Assembly: GCA_913043225.1 (NCBI GenBank)
Contig: CAJWLU010000001.1
Span: 267,882-331,881 of the forward strand
Reading direction: 5' to 3'
DNA: 64,000 nt
DNA from: an uncultured Acidobacteriota bacterium
Lineage (GTDB): Bacteria; Acidobacteriota; Vicinamibacteria; Vicinamibacterales; UBA8438
The notes beneath the pieces were generated by a model. That model was not told the origin of the DNA. It did not search any database and worked only from the letters and a program-made list of their open reading frames with translations. Shown piece by piece: positions 30,169 to 38,024 of this stretch; position 1 is the first letter of the stretch, and each line of letters begins with the position of its first letter. A program made the translations under genes and the position numbers.

Positions 30169-31335
30169 TTACGCCGGTGACCGCAACGAAACCAGTAGGC
30201 GCTCTCCCACCAGATCACGCCGCCAGCCGAGCCACTCCGGCGGAGGCTCGCCGGAGTGGACATGCACCTGTACCACCAGCGATTCGAGGGCACGTCTAGA
30301 AGCCAGCAGTTCGGGAGGAAGCTCGAGCTGCGCCGCAGCCTCCACGACAATCCGCTTCAACGCGTCGACACGACGGGCCAACGGTCGCATGTCGACCTGC
30401 CGATCGAGAGTTCCTGGGCCCTCTTCCCGACCGGTCCGGACGACCGCGTCCAACTCCTCGCCGTAGCGATCCAACACCGCCCTTGACAGACCTCGCACCC
30501 CTCGCGAGGGCGCCTTCCCGGTACACCGGGCAAGCGCCACCAACGCGGTATCCCCAACGAGATGACGACGGGGCAGGTTCCGGGCCTGAGCCTCGCGCTC
30601 ACGCCATCCGGCCAGAGCCCGAAGCACGGCGTGGTCAGGGGCCGTCAGCCCCCCCCTGCCCTTCACCCGGAGATAAGCAGCGTCCGCTCCGGCATCAGTC
30701 GCTCGCGTCCGGCGGAAGCGCTCTTGATCCTCGCGCAACCAAGCCAGTCGGCCCAACGCGGCCAGCGACGCAGACAGCCGCTCCCGAAGCTGATGGAGGT
30801 AGGCCACGTCGAGCGCTGCATAGCTGAGCTGGGACGGGGTCAGCGGTCGTCGGCGCCAGTCTGACCTCGTCTCCCCTTTGTCCAGCTCGACACCGAGCAG
30901 GGAGGCCACGAGCCCTCGGTATCCGACCCCCATGCCGAGACCAGCAAAGGCTGCCGCGCGCTGGGTGTCGAAGAGCGATGCGGGAACGATGCCGACCAGC
31001 CGCTCGAACAGGTCGAAGTCCTCACCTGGAGCGTGCATAACGAACTCCACGCCCGGATCGGTGAGCAGACGCCCCAACGGGGCGAAGTCGCTCACCGCGA
31101 GCGGGTCAATGAGGACGACCCCATCCCCGGCGTCGGCCTGAAGCAGTCCGGGGAGTGGGTAGTACGTCCGCTCCCGTACGAACTCGGTATCTAGGGCGAG
31201 CTGACCGGCCCGGAGCCACCGATCGCAGACCGACGCCAGCTCGGCGTCAGTGGTCACGAAGGTGGGCTGGACGAAGGCTGGGCCAGGCAAGGTGGCACAG
31301 CTTACCTTGCCTACGGGGTGCGGCAACGCCTCCAA
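30169..31335 (-). CDS. rnd: ribonuclease D
   Basis: TTDAELASVCDRWLRAGQLALDTEFVRERTYYPLPGLLQ parallels the E. coli RNase D N-terminus; later YAALDVAYL and an HRDC-like tail. The tracked start is TTG 31335. The true start is probably a few codons before TTDAEL (e.g. in-frame GTG). Confidence 0.85.
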   Translation of the reverse strand: MEALPHPVGKVSCATLPGPAFVQPTFVTTDAELASVCDRWLRAGQLALDTEFVRERTYYPLPGLLQADAGDGVVLIDPLAVSDFAPLGRLLTDPGVEFVMHAPGEDFDLFERLVGIVPASLFDTQRAAAFAGLGMGVGYRGLVASLLGVELDKGETRSDWRRRPLTPSQLSYAALDVAYLHQLRERLSASLAALGRLAWLREDQERFRRTRATDAGADAAYLRVKGRGGLTAPDHAVLRALAGWREREAQARNLPRRHLVGDTALVALARCTGKAPSRGVRGLSRAVLDRYGEELDAVVRTGREEGPGTLDRQVDMRPLARRVDALKRIVVEAAAQLELPPELLASRRALESLVVQVHVHSGEPPPEWLGWRRDLVGERLLVSLRSPA

Positions 31336-31449
31336 TAGAGCTTGCGGGTGACCTTGAACCCGAGGAACCAGGTATTCTCATCACCGCTCTGGGGGAGCCG
31401 ATTCGGCGTGGAACCGAGGTTATTCGACACGTTCAGCTGAAATCCAGAA

Positions 31450-32607
31450 TCAGCGATCCGGGATCCGGGCATCCAGATCAGACCGCCGAGCCACCTCCAA
31501 GATTCGCTGGGCTACCCGAGCACTTGCGCCGGGACCGCCCAAGGCGTCCCGCACCGACCGGAGATCGGCACGGGTGGCCGCCGCATGGGCGTCGTCGCTC
31601 AGAAAGCGCACCGCCTCGGCGGCAACGGCTTCAGGCGTGAACTCTTGCTGGAGGAGCTCCGGCACGACCTTGCGCCCGGTCACCAGATTGACCATGCCAA
31701 AAGCATCGACCCGTACGAACCGCCGACCGATCCAGTAGCTAAGCCGGGACAGCCGATACACCACGACCATCGGCCGACCATGTATGGCGGTCTGCACCGT
31801 AGCCGTCCCAGACGCCGTGAGCACCACGTCGGCCGCATTGAGTACATCGTCACTCGAGGAGGCCACCAGCAGCGGCTGGGGGGTCAGCTCCGCCAGCGGA
31901 CGAAACAGCTCGTCGGAGAGCGCTGGCGCACGCGCGACGACGAACTGCGCTCGCGGCACTTGGTCTCGAATCAAGCGGGCGGCACCGATCAGGTCTGGCA
32001 GGATGGCCCGCAGCTCGTTGGGCCGGCTGCCAGGCAGCAATGCTACAAGCGGCGCCGTCTGATCGAGGCCAGTCGCCTCCCGAAACGCCTCACGGTCGCG
32101 GGCAGGTCTGGCGAGTTCCAGCAACGGATGCCCTACGAACGAGACCGGGATGTCGGCCTCCTCGTAGATCGACGTCTCGAAGGGAAAAATCACCAGGGCC
32201 CGCGACACGAACCGCCGCATGGTCGCGAGCCGGCTGGCCCGCCACGCCCAGACCTGCGGGCAGATGTAATAGACCACCGGTACACCGAGCCCGGCCACGG
32301 CCTGACCAAGCCGAAAATTGAAGTCAGGATAGTCAATGAGGACGAGCACGTCCGGCCGCTCGGACCGAGCGGTGGCAACCAAACTCCGATACACACGCCA
32401 CGAGTGAGGCAACACCGAGAGCACCTCGGCCAACCCGGTCACGGTCAGCCCCTTATAGCTGGCGACCAACCGTCCGCCTGCGGCCTCAAACCGCTCACCG
32501 CCCAGGCCGAACACCTGCACCTCCGGCTCAAGATCCCGGAGCTCGGTGGTTAGGGCGCCGGCATACAGGTCGCCCGAGGGCTCCCCGCAGGAGAGCATGA
32601 CCTTCAC
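31450..32607 (-). CDS. lpxB: lipid-A-disaccharide synthase
   Basis: MKVMLSCGEPSGDLYAGAL, LIDYPDFNFRL, YYICPQVWAWRASR, FPFE and FVGHPL are collinear with LpxB. Confidence 0.9.
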   Translation of the reverse strand: MKVMLSCGEPSGDLYAGALTTELRDLEPEVQVFGLGGERFEAAGGRLVASYKGLTVTGLAEVLSVLPHSWRVYRSLVATARSERPDVLVLIDYPDFNFRLGQAVAGLGVPVVYYICPQVWAWRASRLATMRRFVSRALVIFPFETSIYEEADIPVSFVGHPLLELARPARDREAFREATGLDQTAPLVALLPGSRPNELRAILPDLIGAARLIRDQVPRAQFVVARAPALSDELFRPLAELTPQPLLVASSSDDVLNAADVVLTASGTATVQTAIHGRPMVVVYRLSRLSYWIGRRFVRVDAFGMVNLVTGRKVVPELLQQEFTPEAVAAEAVRFLSDDAHAAATRADLRSVRDALGGPGASARVAQRILEVARRSDLDARIPDR

Positions 32608-32658
32608 GCTCGACCTCGCTGGGCGCTCATCGATAGCGGATGGTGGTTCGGCTTCGGC

Positions 32659-34143
32659 TCAGGGGGCGGCCGCGACTCCGGCGGCCGAGGACGGGCTCGG
32701 CTCCCAGGTCTCGAGATCGGCGACAGAGAGCACTTCGTAGTCGTCGAAACCGACCCGCGACAGGTCATTCAGGAAAGTGCGGGCTTCACCTACCAGCACG
32801 ATCGAAAGCGCCTGCGGCCGAAGATACTCGCGCGACACCCGCTGGATGTCGTCCACGGTAACCGCGTTGATCCGGTTGGGATAGGTGGGCAGTTCCTCGA
32901 GATCGAGACCATAGACGAGAGCTTCCAGTACCTGGGCGGCAATGGCGTTGGGCGCCTCGATAGTCAACGGAAAACTTCCCGCCAGATAGGCCTGAGCGTT
33001 CTGCAACTCGAACGGCCGGACACGCTCGCGCTGCAACCGAGCCACCTCTTCCACCATCAACCGGAGCGCTTCAGCCGTGGCATCCGAGCGGGTGTCGGTC
33101 TTGGCCATGAAATCGCCCCCGAACCTGCGACTGGCCACGTCGGCTGACGCGGAGTAGGTCAACGACCGCTCGGTACGCAGCACGCCGCCTAACCGGTTCC
33201 CACCTTCACCGCCGAGAATCTTCATCGCGACATCGAAGGCTAGAAAGTCGGGACTGGTACGGGCCAATCCAAGATGACCGACTCGGATCGCAGTTTGGGT
33301 TGACCCCGGCTTGTCGACGATCACCAGCCGCTGAGTTGGCTCGGGTAGCGACGGTGACGCCGGCTCGGGTACGACCTTCCGCTCCCAGTCACCGAAGACC
33401 CGCTCTGCCATGGCAAAAACGGTCTCGGCATCGATGTCTCCAACGATGCCCAGCAACGCATTATTCGGCGCGTAGTGCGCCTCGTGAAACGCCTGGAGGT
33501 CCTGGCGGGTGATCGCCCGCACTGTGCGCTCATTACCGTTATGCGGCAGACCGTAGGCATGCGAGCCGTAGACCAGCCGACCAAACACGATGCTGGCCAG
33601 ATAGGTCGGGTCGTCATAGCTAACTTGCAGCCCCGACAGCACCTGCTGGCGTTGACGCTCGATCTCCTGCGGCGCGAACGACGGCCGGCGGACGATGTCG
33701 GCCACGAGCTCGGCGGCCAGGTCGAAGCTGTCGCGCATCACGAGCACATTGACGAAGCTCAGATCCGTGCCGGCGCCAACGTCCAGGATCCCGCCGACGT
33801 AGTCGATGGTTTCCGCGATCTCGGTGGCAGTGCGGGTGGTCGTGCCCTGTCCCAACAACTGAGCCGCAAGCGCCCCCACCCCCTTCTTGTCGAGCGGATC
33901 TGAGGCCGCGCCGGCGGCCGTGATGAACCGTAGGTTAACCGCCGGCTGCTCGTGGTGCATGACCACGACCACCTGGAGCCCGTTCGAGAGCGTCCGGATC
34001 TCATAGGGTGGGAACGTGGCCTGACGCGCCGGCAGTGGCGGTGGCGGGCTTTCCCTGGGCCAGTCAGCCGCAGGCTGAGCGACCGCCACATGCGCCATAC
34101 CGATAACAAGAGCACCCAACACCGCGAACCTGAACCTCCGCAT
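32659..34143 (-). CDS. M16 family peptidase, non-catalytic-type subunit (no HxxEH)
   Basis: Signal peptide and M16 two-domain layout, but the position of the zinc motif reads GVGALAAQLLGQGT. ATG overlaps the stop of the upstream M16 gene (ATGA at 34141-34145). Confidence 0.85.
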   Translation of the reverse strand: MRRFRFAVLGALVIGMAHVAVAQPAADWPRESPPPPLPARQATFPPYEIRTLSNGLQVVVVMHHEQPAVNLRFITAAGAASDPLDKKGVGALAAQLLGQGTTTRTATEIAETIDYVGGILDVGAGTDLSFVNVLVMRDSFDLAAELVADIVRRPSFAPQEIERQRQQVLSGLQVSYDDPTYLASIVFGRLVYGSHAYGLPHNGNERTVRAITRQDLQAFHEAHYAPNNALLGIVGDIDAETVFAMAERVFGDWERKVVPEPASPSLPEPTQRLVIVDKPGSTQTAIRVGHLGLARTSPDFLAFDVAMKILGGEGGNRLGGVLRTERSLTYSASADVASRRFGGDFMAKTDTRSDATAEALRLMVEEVARLQRERVRPFELQNAQAYLAGSFPLTIEAPNAIAAQVLEALVYGLDLEELPTYPNRINAVTVDDIQRVSREYLRPQALSIVLVGEARTFLNDLSRVGFDDYEVLSVADLETWEPSPSSAAGVAAAP

Positions 34144-35585
34144 CAGTCGTCGCCTCCGGGACGAAGAAACGACCGACCCGTCGGCGCCGGCGGGGGCATG
34201 ATAGTCAGCACCAGACGGCTCTCATCGGTGAAGTAGGTCTGCGCCACCCGCTGGACATCCTCTTTGCTGATGTTCTGGAAGATGTCGAACTCAGCGTCGG
34301 CGGTCGTGATGTCGTCGTGAATCACGGCCGCGTGCGACAGATGACTGGCCTTCTGCTCGACGGTGGCCCGCGAGAAGACATAGTCGCGGGCGAACTGGTT
34401 CTTGGCCCGCTGAAGCTCCCGGTCGGACACGAACTCCGTCTTCAGGAGCTCCAGCTCGGCGATCAGCGCCGTCTCGGCCTCCTCGGTCGTTCGCCCGGGC
34501 TGGACGACCGCCACCGCATAGAAGAGGTTCGGATCGTCGATCAGGGTACCGCTGCCAAAGGCCGAGACTGCCACCTGGTCGTCGTAGATGAGACGCCTGA
34601 AGATCCGGGAGCTCTCTCCGTCGGACAGGACCTTGGTGGCGATGTGCAGCGGATAGGCGTCGGGGTGACCGTCATAGGTGATGTGATGCGCCACCACGAC
34701 CACCGGGAGCGGCCAGTTCTCGCTTTGCGACAAGGTGATGCGTCGCTCACCGGTGGGCCGCGGCTCCCGCGGGATGTCCCGCGGCACGGGGTGCTTCGCC
34801 TTCGGCACACGACCGAAGTACTGCTTCACCAGCGCCAACGCTTCGGCTGACTCAAAATCGCCGACCAGGGTCAGGAAGGCGTTCTCAGGGACGTAGTAGG
34901 TCTCGAAGAACTCACGCACGTCGTCGATCGATGCCGCCTCCAGATCCTCCATACTTCCGATGGCCGTGTGCTTGTACGGATGCACGTTGTAGGCTTGGTC
35001 GTACATGATTTCGGTGAGCAGCCCGAACGGCGTATCCTCGTAGCGCCAGCGGCGCTCTTCCTTCACCACTTGCCGCTCGGCTTCGAACGTCTCTTCATCA
35101 ATCCGGAGGGTGGCCATTCGATCGGCCTCAAGCCAGAGCGCCAGCGGAAGATACTGCGCCGGAAACGTCTCGTGGTACTCAGTCGTGTCTTCGGTGGTAA
35201 ACGCGTTCCCGGCCCCGCCGACACGCGAAATCAGCGTCAGGTGCGAATCGGGGAGAACGTTCTTGGACCCCTTGAACATCATGTGTTCGAAGAGATGAGC
35301 GAATCCGGTCCGTCCGGGGCGCTCATTCTTTGACCCGACCTTATAGACCAGCCTCGAGTGCACGATCGGCGTGGAGTGGTCCTCGGAGAGGATCACGGTA
35401 AGGCCGTTGTCGAGCGTGTGAAGCTCGTACTGGAACTTCGGGGGACGGACCGCGGTCTCGACACGCGACGTCGCGGCCAGCACACTAAGAACTGCGGCGG
35501 CGACACCCACCAAGGGGAGCCGACGGCCGAGGACGGACGGCATTCGACGCATGGCCGAATTATGGCACAGCGAGTGCGGTCGCAC
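34143..35585 (-). CDS. M16 family zinc peptidase (insulinase/pitrilysin type, catalytic subunit)
   Basis: Inverted zinc motif HxxEH in GFAHLFEHMMFKG (His codon at 35295-35297). Signal-like N-terminus from Met 35552 (MRRMPSVLGRRLPLVGVAAAVLSVLAA). Confidence 0.85.
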   Translation of the reverse strand: MRPHSLCHNSAMRRMPSVLGRRLPLVGVAAAVLSVLAATSRVETAVRPPKFQYELHTLDNGLTVILSEDHSTPIVHSRLVYKVGSKNERPGRTGFAHLFEHMMFKGSKNVLPDSHLTLISRVGGAGNAFTTEDTTEYHETFPAQYLPLALWLEADRMATLRIDEETFEAERQVVKEERRWRYEDTPFGLLTEIMYDQAYNVHPYKHTAIGSMEDLEAASIDDVREFFETYYVPENAFLTLVGDFESAEALALVKQYFGRVPKAKHPVPRDIPREPRPTGERRITLSQSENWPLPVVVVAHHITYDGHPDAYPLHIATKVLSDGESSRIFRRLIYDDQVAVSAFGSGTLIDDPNLFYAVAVVQPGRTTEEAETALIAELELLKTEFVSDRELQRAKNQFARDYVFSRATVEQKASHLSHAAVIHDDITTADAEFDIFQNISKEDVQRVAQTYFTDESRLVLTIMPPPAPTGRSFLRPGGDD

Positions 35586-35593
35586 CGCGGCAG

Positions 35594-36406
35594 TCAGTGG
35601 CTTAGGAATCGGAAGCCGAGCATGGTGAAGGTCGTCGGCTCGAGGTCGAAAGGGTCCTGGTCGATGCGCCGTTCGCGGGCGAGGAACACCTCGCCAGCGC
35701 CGGCCAGACCGGGGAACCGGGCCCCGATCTCGATCCGGCTGCCAACCTGCCGCTCCCTTCCGAAGTCGCCGACGTCGACCGGGACAACCGTCACCTCGCC
35801 GCCCAACAGCAGCGACACCCGGGGATGCACCGGTCGATAGGCGGTGGCGCTCCCGCCAAACTCACCCAGGTAATCGACAAAGGACCGGCGGACGGTACCC
35901 ATCGCGCGGTAGCTGAAATCGAAATTCCAACCCCAGTACGACATTACCGCGGTGGATTGCAGCCCGAGCATGTTCCAAGCGATGGCGAGTTCCTTATCAC
36001 GATCGGTTAGATGCCGTGACACGTGATGGAAGACCGCGCCGACTTCCAGATGCTCGCTGATCGGGCGCCACCAGGCCGACAGGGTGATGACATAGTTGCC
36101 CTGGTTGGGGTCGATGGCCCGGATCTGCTCACCGATGATCCCCTCGTAGTTCAAGAGAAGATTGCCCCGGAAGTGCTCCAGGTCGAAGATGTCGATATCG
36201 CCGCCGAAATCAGTATCCCAGACGAAGTCCTCTTCGCCAGAGACCACGCCAAAGGCGTTCAGATGAAACCGATAGTTGGTCAGAAATCCTAGCTTGGGAT
36301 CCGTCTGGCGGGCCGTCGATGCCGCGCTGCTCGTCTGGGCCCAGGCCAGCCCTGGCCAGAAAAGCAGCACGACCGCCAGGACGAGAACCACGCGATCTCG
36401 ATGCAT
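35594..36406 (-). CDS. hypothetical outer-membrane beta-barrel protein
   Basis: Signal peptide MHRDRVVLVLAVVLLFWPGLAWAQ. Alternating hydrophobic/aromatic beta-strand pattern throughout (NYRFHLNAFGV, NFDFSYRAMG, FTMLGFRFLSH*). No family recognised. Confidence 0.55.
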   Translation of the reverse strand: MHRDRVVLVLAVVLLFWPGLAWAQTSSAASTARQTDPKLGFLTNYRFHLNAFGVVSGEEDFVWDTDFGGDIDIFDLEHFRGNLLLNYEGIIGEQIRAIDPNQGNYVITLSAWWRPISEHLEVGAVFHHVSRHLTDRDKELAIAWNMLGLQSTAVMSYWGWNFDFSYRAMGTVRRSFVDYLGEFGGSATAYRPVHPRVSLLLGGEVTVVPVDVGDFGRERQVGSRIEIGARFPGLAGAGEVFLARERRIDQDPFDLEPTTFTMLGFRFLSH

Positions 36407-36517
36407 CTCGTCGGTGACGCTCTGGAGTCGTTGAGCCGTGAAGCCGCTGAAAGTCGGGTCGAACCGGGCGAACTGCGCGGTGAGTGTAGCACGCTGACCG
36501 CTCGCCCCCGGCGTTGG

Positions 36518-37195
36518 TCAGCAACTTTCGGGCAGGGTGCGCTCAACGAACCTGGACAGATGTTCGAGCTGGAGTTGGTCGGCGATCGCGCGTAGCCGCC
36601 CCTGGCGTTCGGCCGGCGGCAACGATAGCACCTGGCGCACTTCACGGAGCGGCTCCGATGACTGCACTGACCACTCGACCGCCGTCAGCCCACGCCGGGC
36701 GCCGCGAAACGCCAGCCAGTGACCGCCCATCTTCCCGGCGAAGTACCAAGAAATAAGGTTCGGGCCCGGCACGAAGAAGAACAGTGGACCGAACACCAGC
36801 ACCGCTAGTCCGTCGACCACCATCCAGACGCGGTGGTGGTCCTGGTCCCGCTGCAACATCCCGTTTGCGATCGACCAGGCTCGGTTGGAAGGCAGGTCGG
36901 CGGGGTGGATCAAACTCGCGGTCTGCTGATGACGCAGATGCCACAGCAGCCGCTGCTCCGCCACCCACTCGGCCAGGCCGCGGATGAGACTCGCCTTCGC
37001 CCGAGCCACCCACCCCGTCTGCGCCTCGGAAAGCCGGGCGCCGGACTCGCGCTCGGCCTGCTCGGAGGCCATCAGCTCACGAAGCCGGCGGAGCAACCGG
37101 CTGGCAAACCCGCCACGTTCAGCCTGCTCTACCTCTCGTGGCTCGCAGTAGAGCTCGTAGCGGCCTTCTCCGCCCGGCACCAGAAAGACGTCCAT
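36518..37195 (-). CDS. hypothetical membrane protein
   Basis: 225 aa; RBS-like AAGGAGAGG upstream. Central hydrophobic hairpin (VWMVVDGLAVLVFGPLFFFVPGPNLISWYFAGKMGGHWLAF). No confident family. Confidence 0.55.
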   Translation of the reverse strand: MDVFLVPGGEGRYELYCEPREVEQAERGGFASRLLRRLRELMASEQAERESGARLSEAQTGWVARAKASLIRGLAEWVAEQRLLWHLRHQQTASLIHPADLPSNRAWSIANGMLQRDQDHHRVWMVVDGLAVLVFGPLFFFVPGPNLISWYFAGKMGGHWLAFRGARRGLTAVEWSVQSSEPLREVRQVLSLPPAERQGRLRAIADQLQLEHLSRFVERTLPESC

Positions 37196-37219
37196 GATCG
37201 GCTATCCAGCCTCTCCTTA

Positions 37220-37257
37220 GTACTTAGCGATGGCTCCCCGTACTTGACGATGGCTCC
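37220..37257. repeat. tandem 18-nt direct repeat (20-nt period) in a divergent intergenic region
   Basis: GTACTTAGCGATGGCTCC (37220-37237) and GTACTTGACGATGGCTCC (37240-37257) are identical at 16 of 18 positions. They lie between the starts of 36518-37195 (-) and 37323-37943 (+). Confidence 0.8.
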
Positions 37258-37322
37258 GCCGGGAAAATCCCCATTACCGGGTGGTCAGCCTGACGCCCCT
37301 CCGATACCATGCCGATCTACCG

Positions 37323-37943
37323 ATGCCCCAGCTGGCCAAACGCTCCTGTATGTGCCTCTGTGCCCTAGCGACGCTGGCGCTGCTCTCTGTCGCCTCGACG
37401 CGCGCCCAGCCCCCGGCGGTGACCCTGCAGGTACGGGTATTCGACGGCGTCGACGAGGTCACCGCCGACAGCGAGGTCACCGCCTACGTCACTGACGACC
37501 GTACGTCGGCGCTGGTGGCCACCTTCGCGAGTGAATCCCACTCGCTCGAACTGCAGCCGGGCATATACGACCTGCAGATCACCATGGACGGGATCGACGA
37601 CACAGCCAGCGTCAAATGGTACAAGCATCTCTGGATTCAGCACTATCCGGATGAGTTAGCCGGGCACCTGGAGGTGCTGAACCTCCAAGCGGTTTTCGGC
37701 GCACTGCTGGTCCGTCCACCGGCGGAATGGCTGGATAACGGACGGCCCTGGCATGTCGGCGCCTTCCTGACCGAAGGCGAAGGACGATCCGGATTCGAAC
37801 CGGTCGAGTCCGAAGATCTGCGCCTTTTCATTCTGCCCGCCGGACACTATGACCTGAGAGCGCGCCACGGCGCGCGGGAACTAACCCGCGAGGCGGTCGA
37901 AGTACCGGCCGGCCGCACCCGCCTGATCCACCTCATTCCCTAA
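37323..37943 (+). CDS. hypothetical secreted protein
   Basis: ATG at 37323 gives the signal peptide MPQLAKRSCMCLCALATLALLSVASTRAQ. Beta-rich body with no family recognised. Tracked ORF begins at 37281. Confidence 0.5.
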   Translation: MPQLAKRSCMCLCALATLALLSVASTRAQPPAVTLQVRVFDGVDEVTADSEVTAYVTDDRTSALVATFASESHSLELQPGIYDLQITMDGIDDTASVKWYKHLWIQHYPDELAGHLEVLNLQAVFGALLVRPPAEWLDNGRPWHVGAFLTEGEGRSGFEPVESEDLRLFILPAGHYDLRARHGARELTREAVEVPAGRTRLIHLIP

Positions 37944-38024
37944 AAGGAATGGGCGCCGGAGACCAAGTCCCCGACGCCCAAGACTTTGTCCATCCACGGG
38001 GGATGGACCGGTGGTTCGGTTGGC

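Noticed and set aside
30649-30656. C8 (G8 on the coding strand) homopolymer inside rnd
   Set aside because: The frame is intact across it (KGRGGLTAP) and the flanking protein sequence is collinear with RNase D. There is no evidence of slippage or a switch.
31336-31475. Short minus-strand frame between lpxB and rnd reading MPGSRIADSGFQLNVSNNLGSTPNRLPQSGDENTWFLGFKVTRKLYW.., reminiscent of an outer-membrane barrel C-terminus
   Set aside because: About 53 codons, no signal peptide or upstream body. It overlaps the lpxB stop and runs into the rnd start region. The G/C third-position bias is suggestive, but a remnant cannot be distinguished from chance without a search.
37791-37801. GGATTCGAACC, a near-perfect tRNA T-arm string
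   Set aside because: It lies inside the 37323-37943 coding frame (..SGFEPVES..). The flanks do not fold into a cloverleaf.
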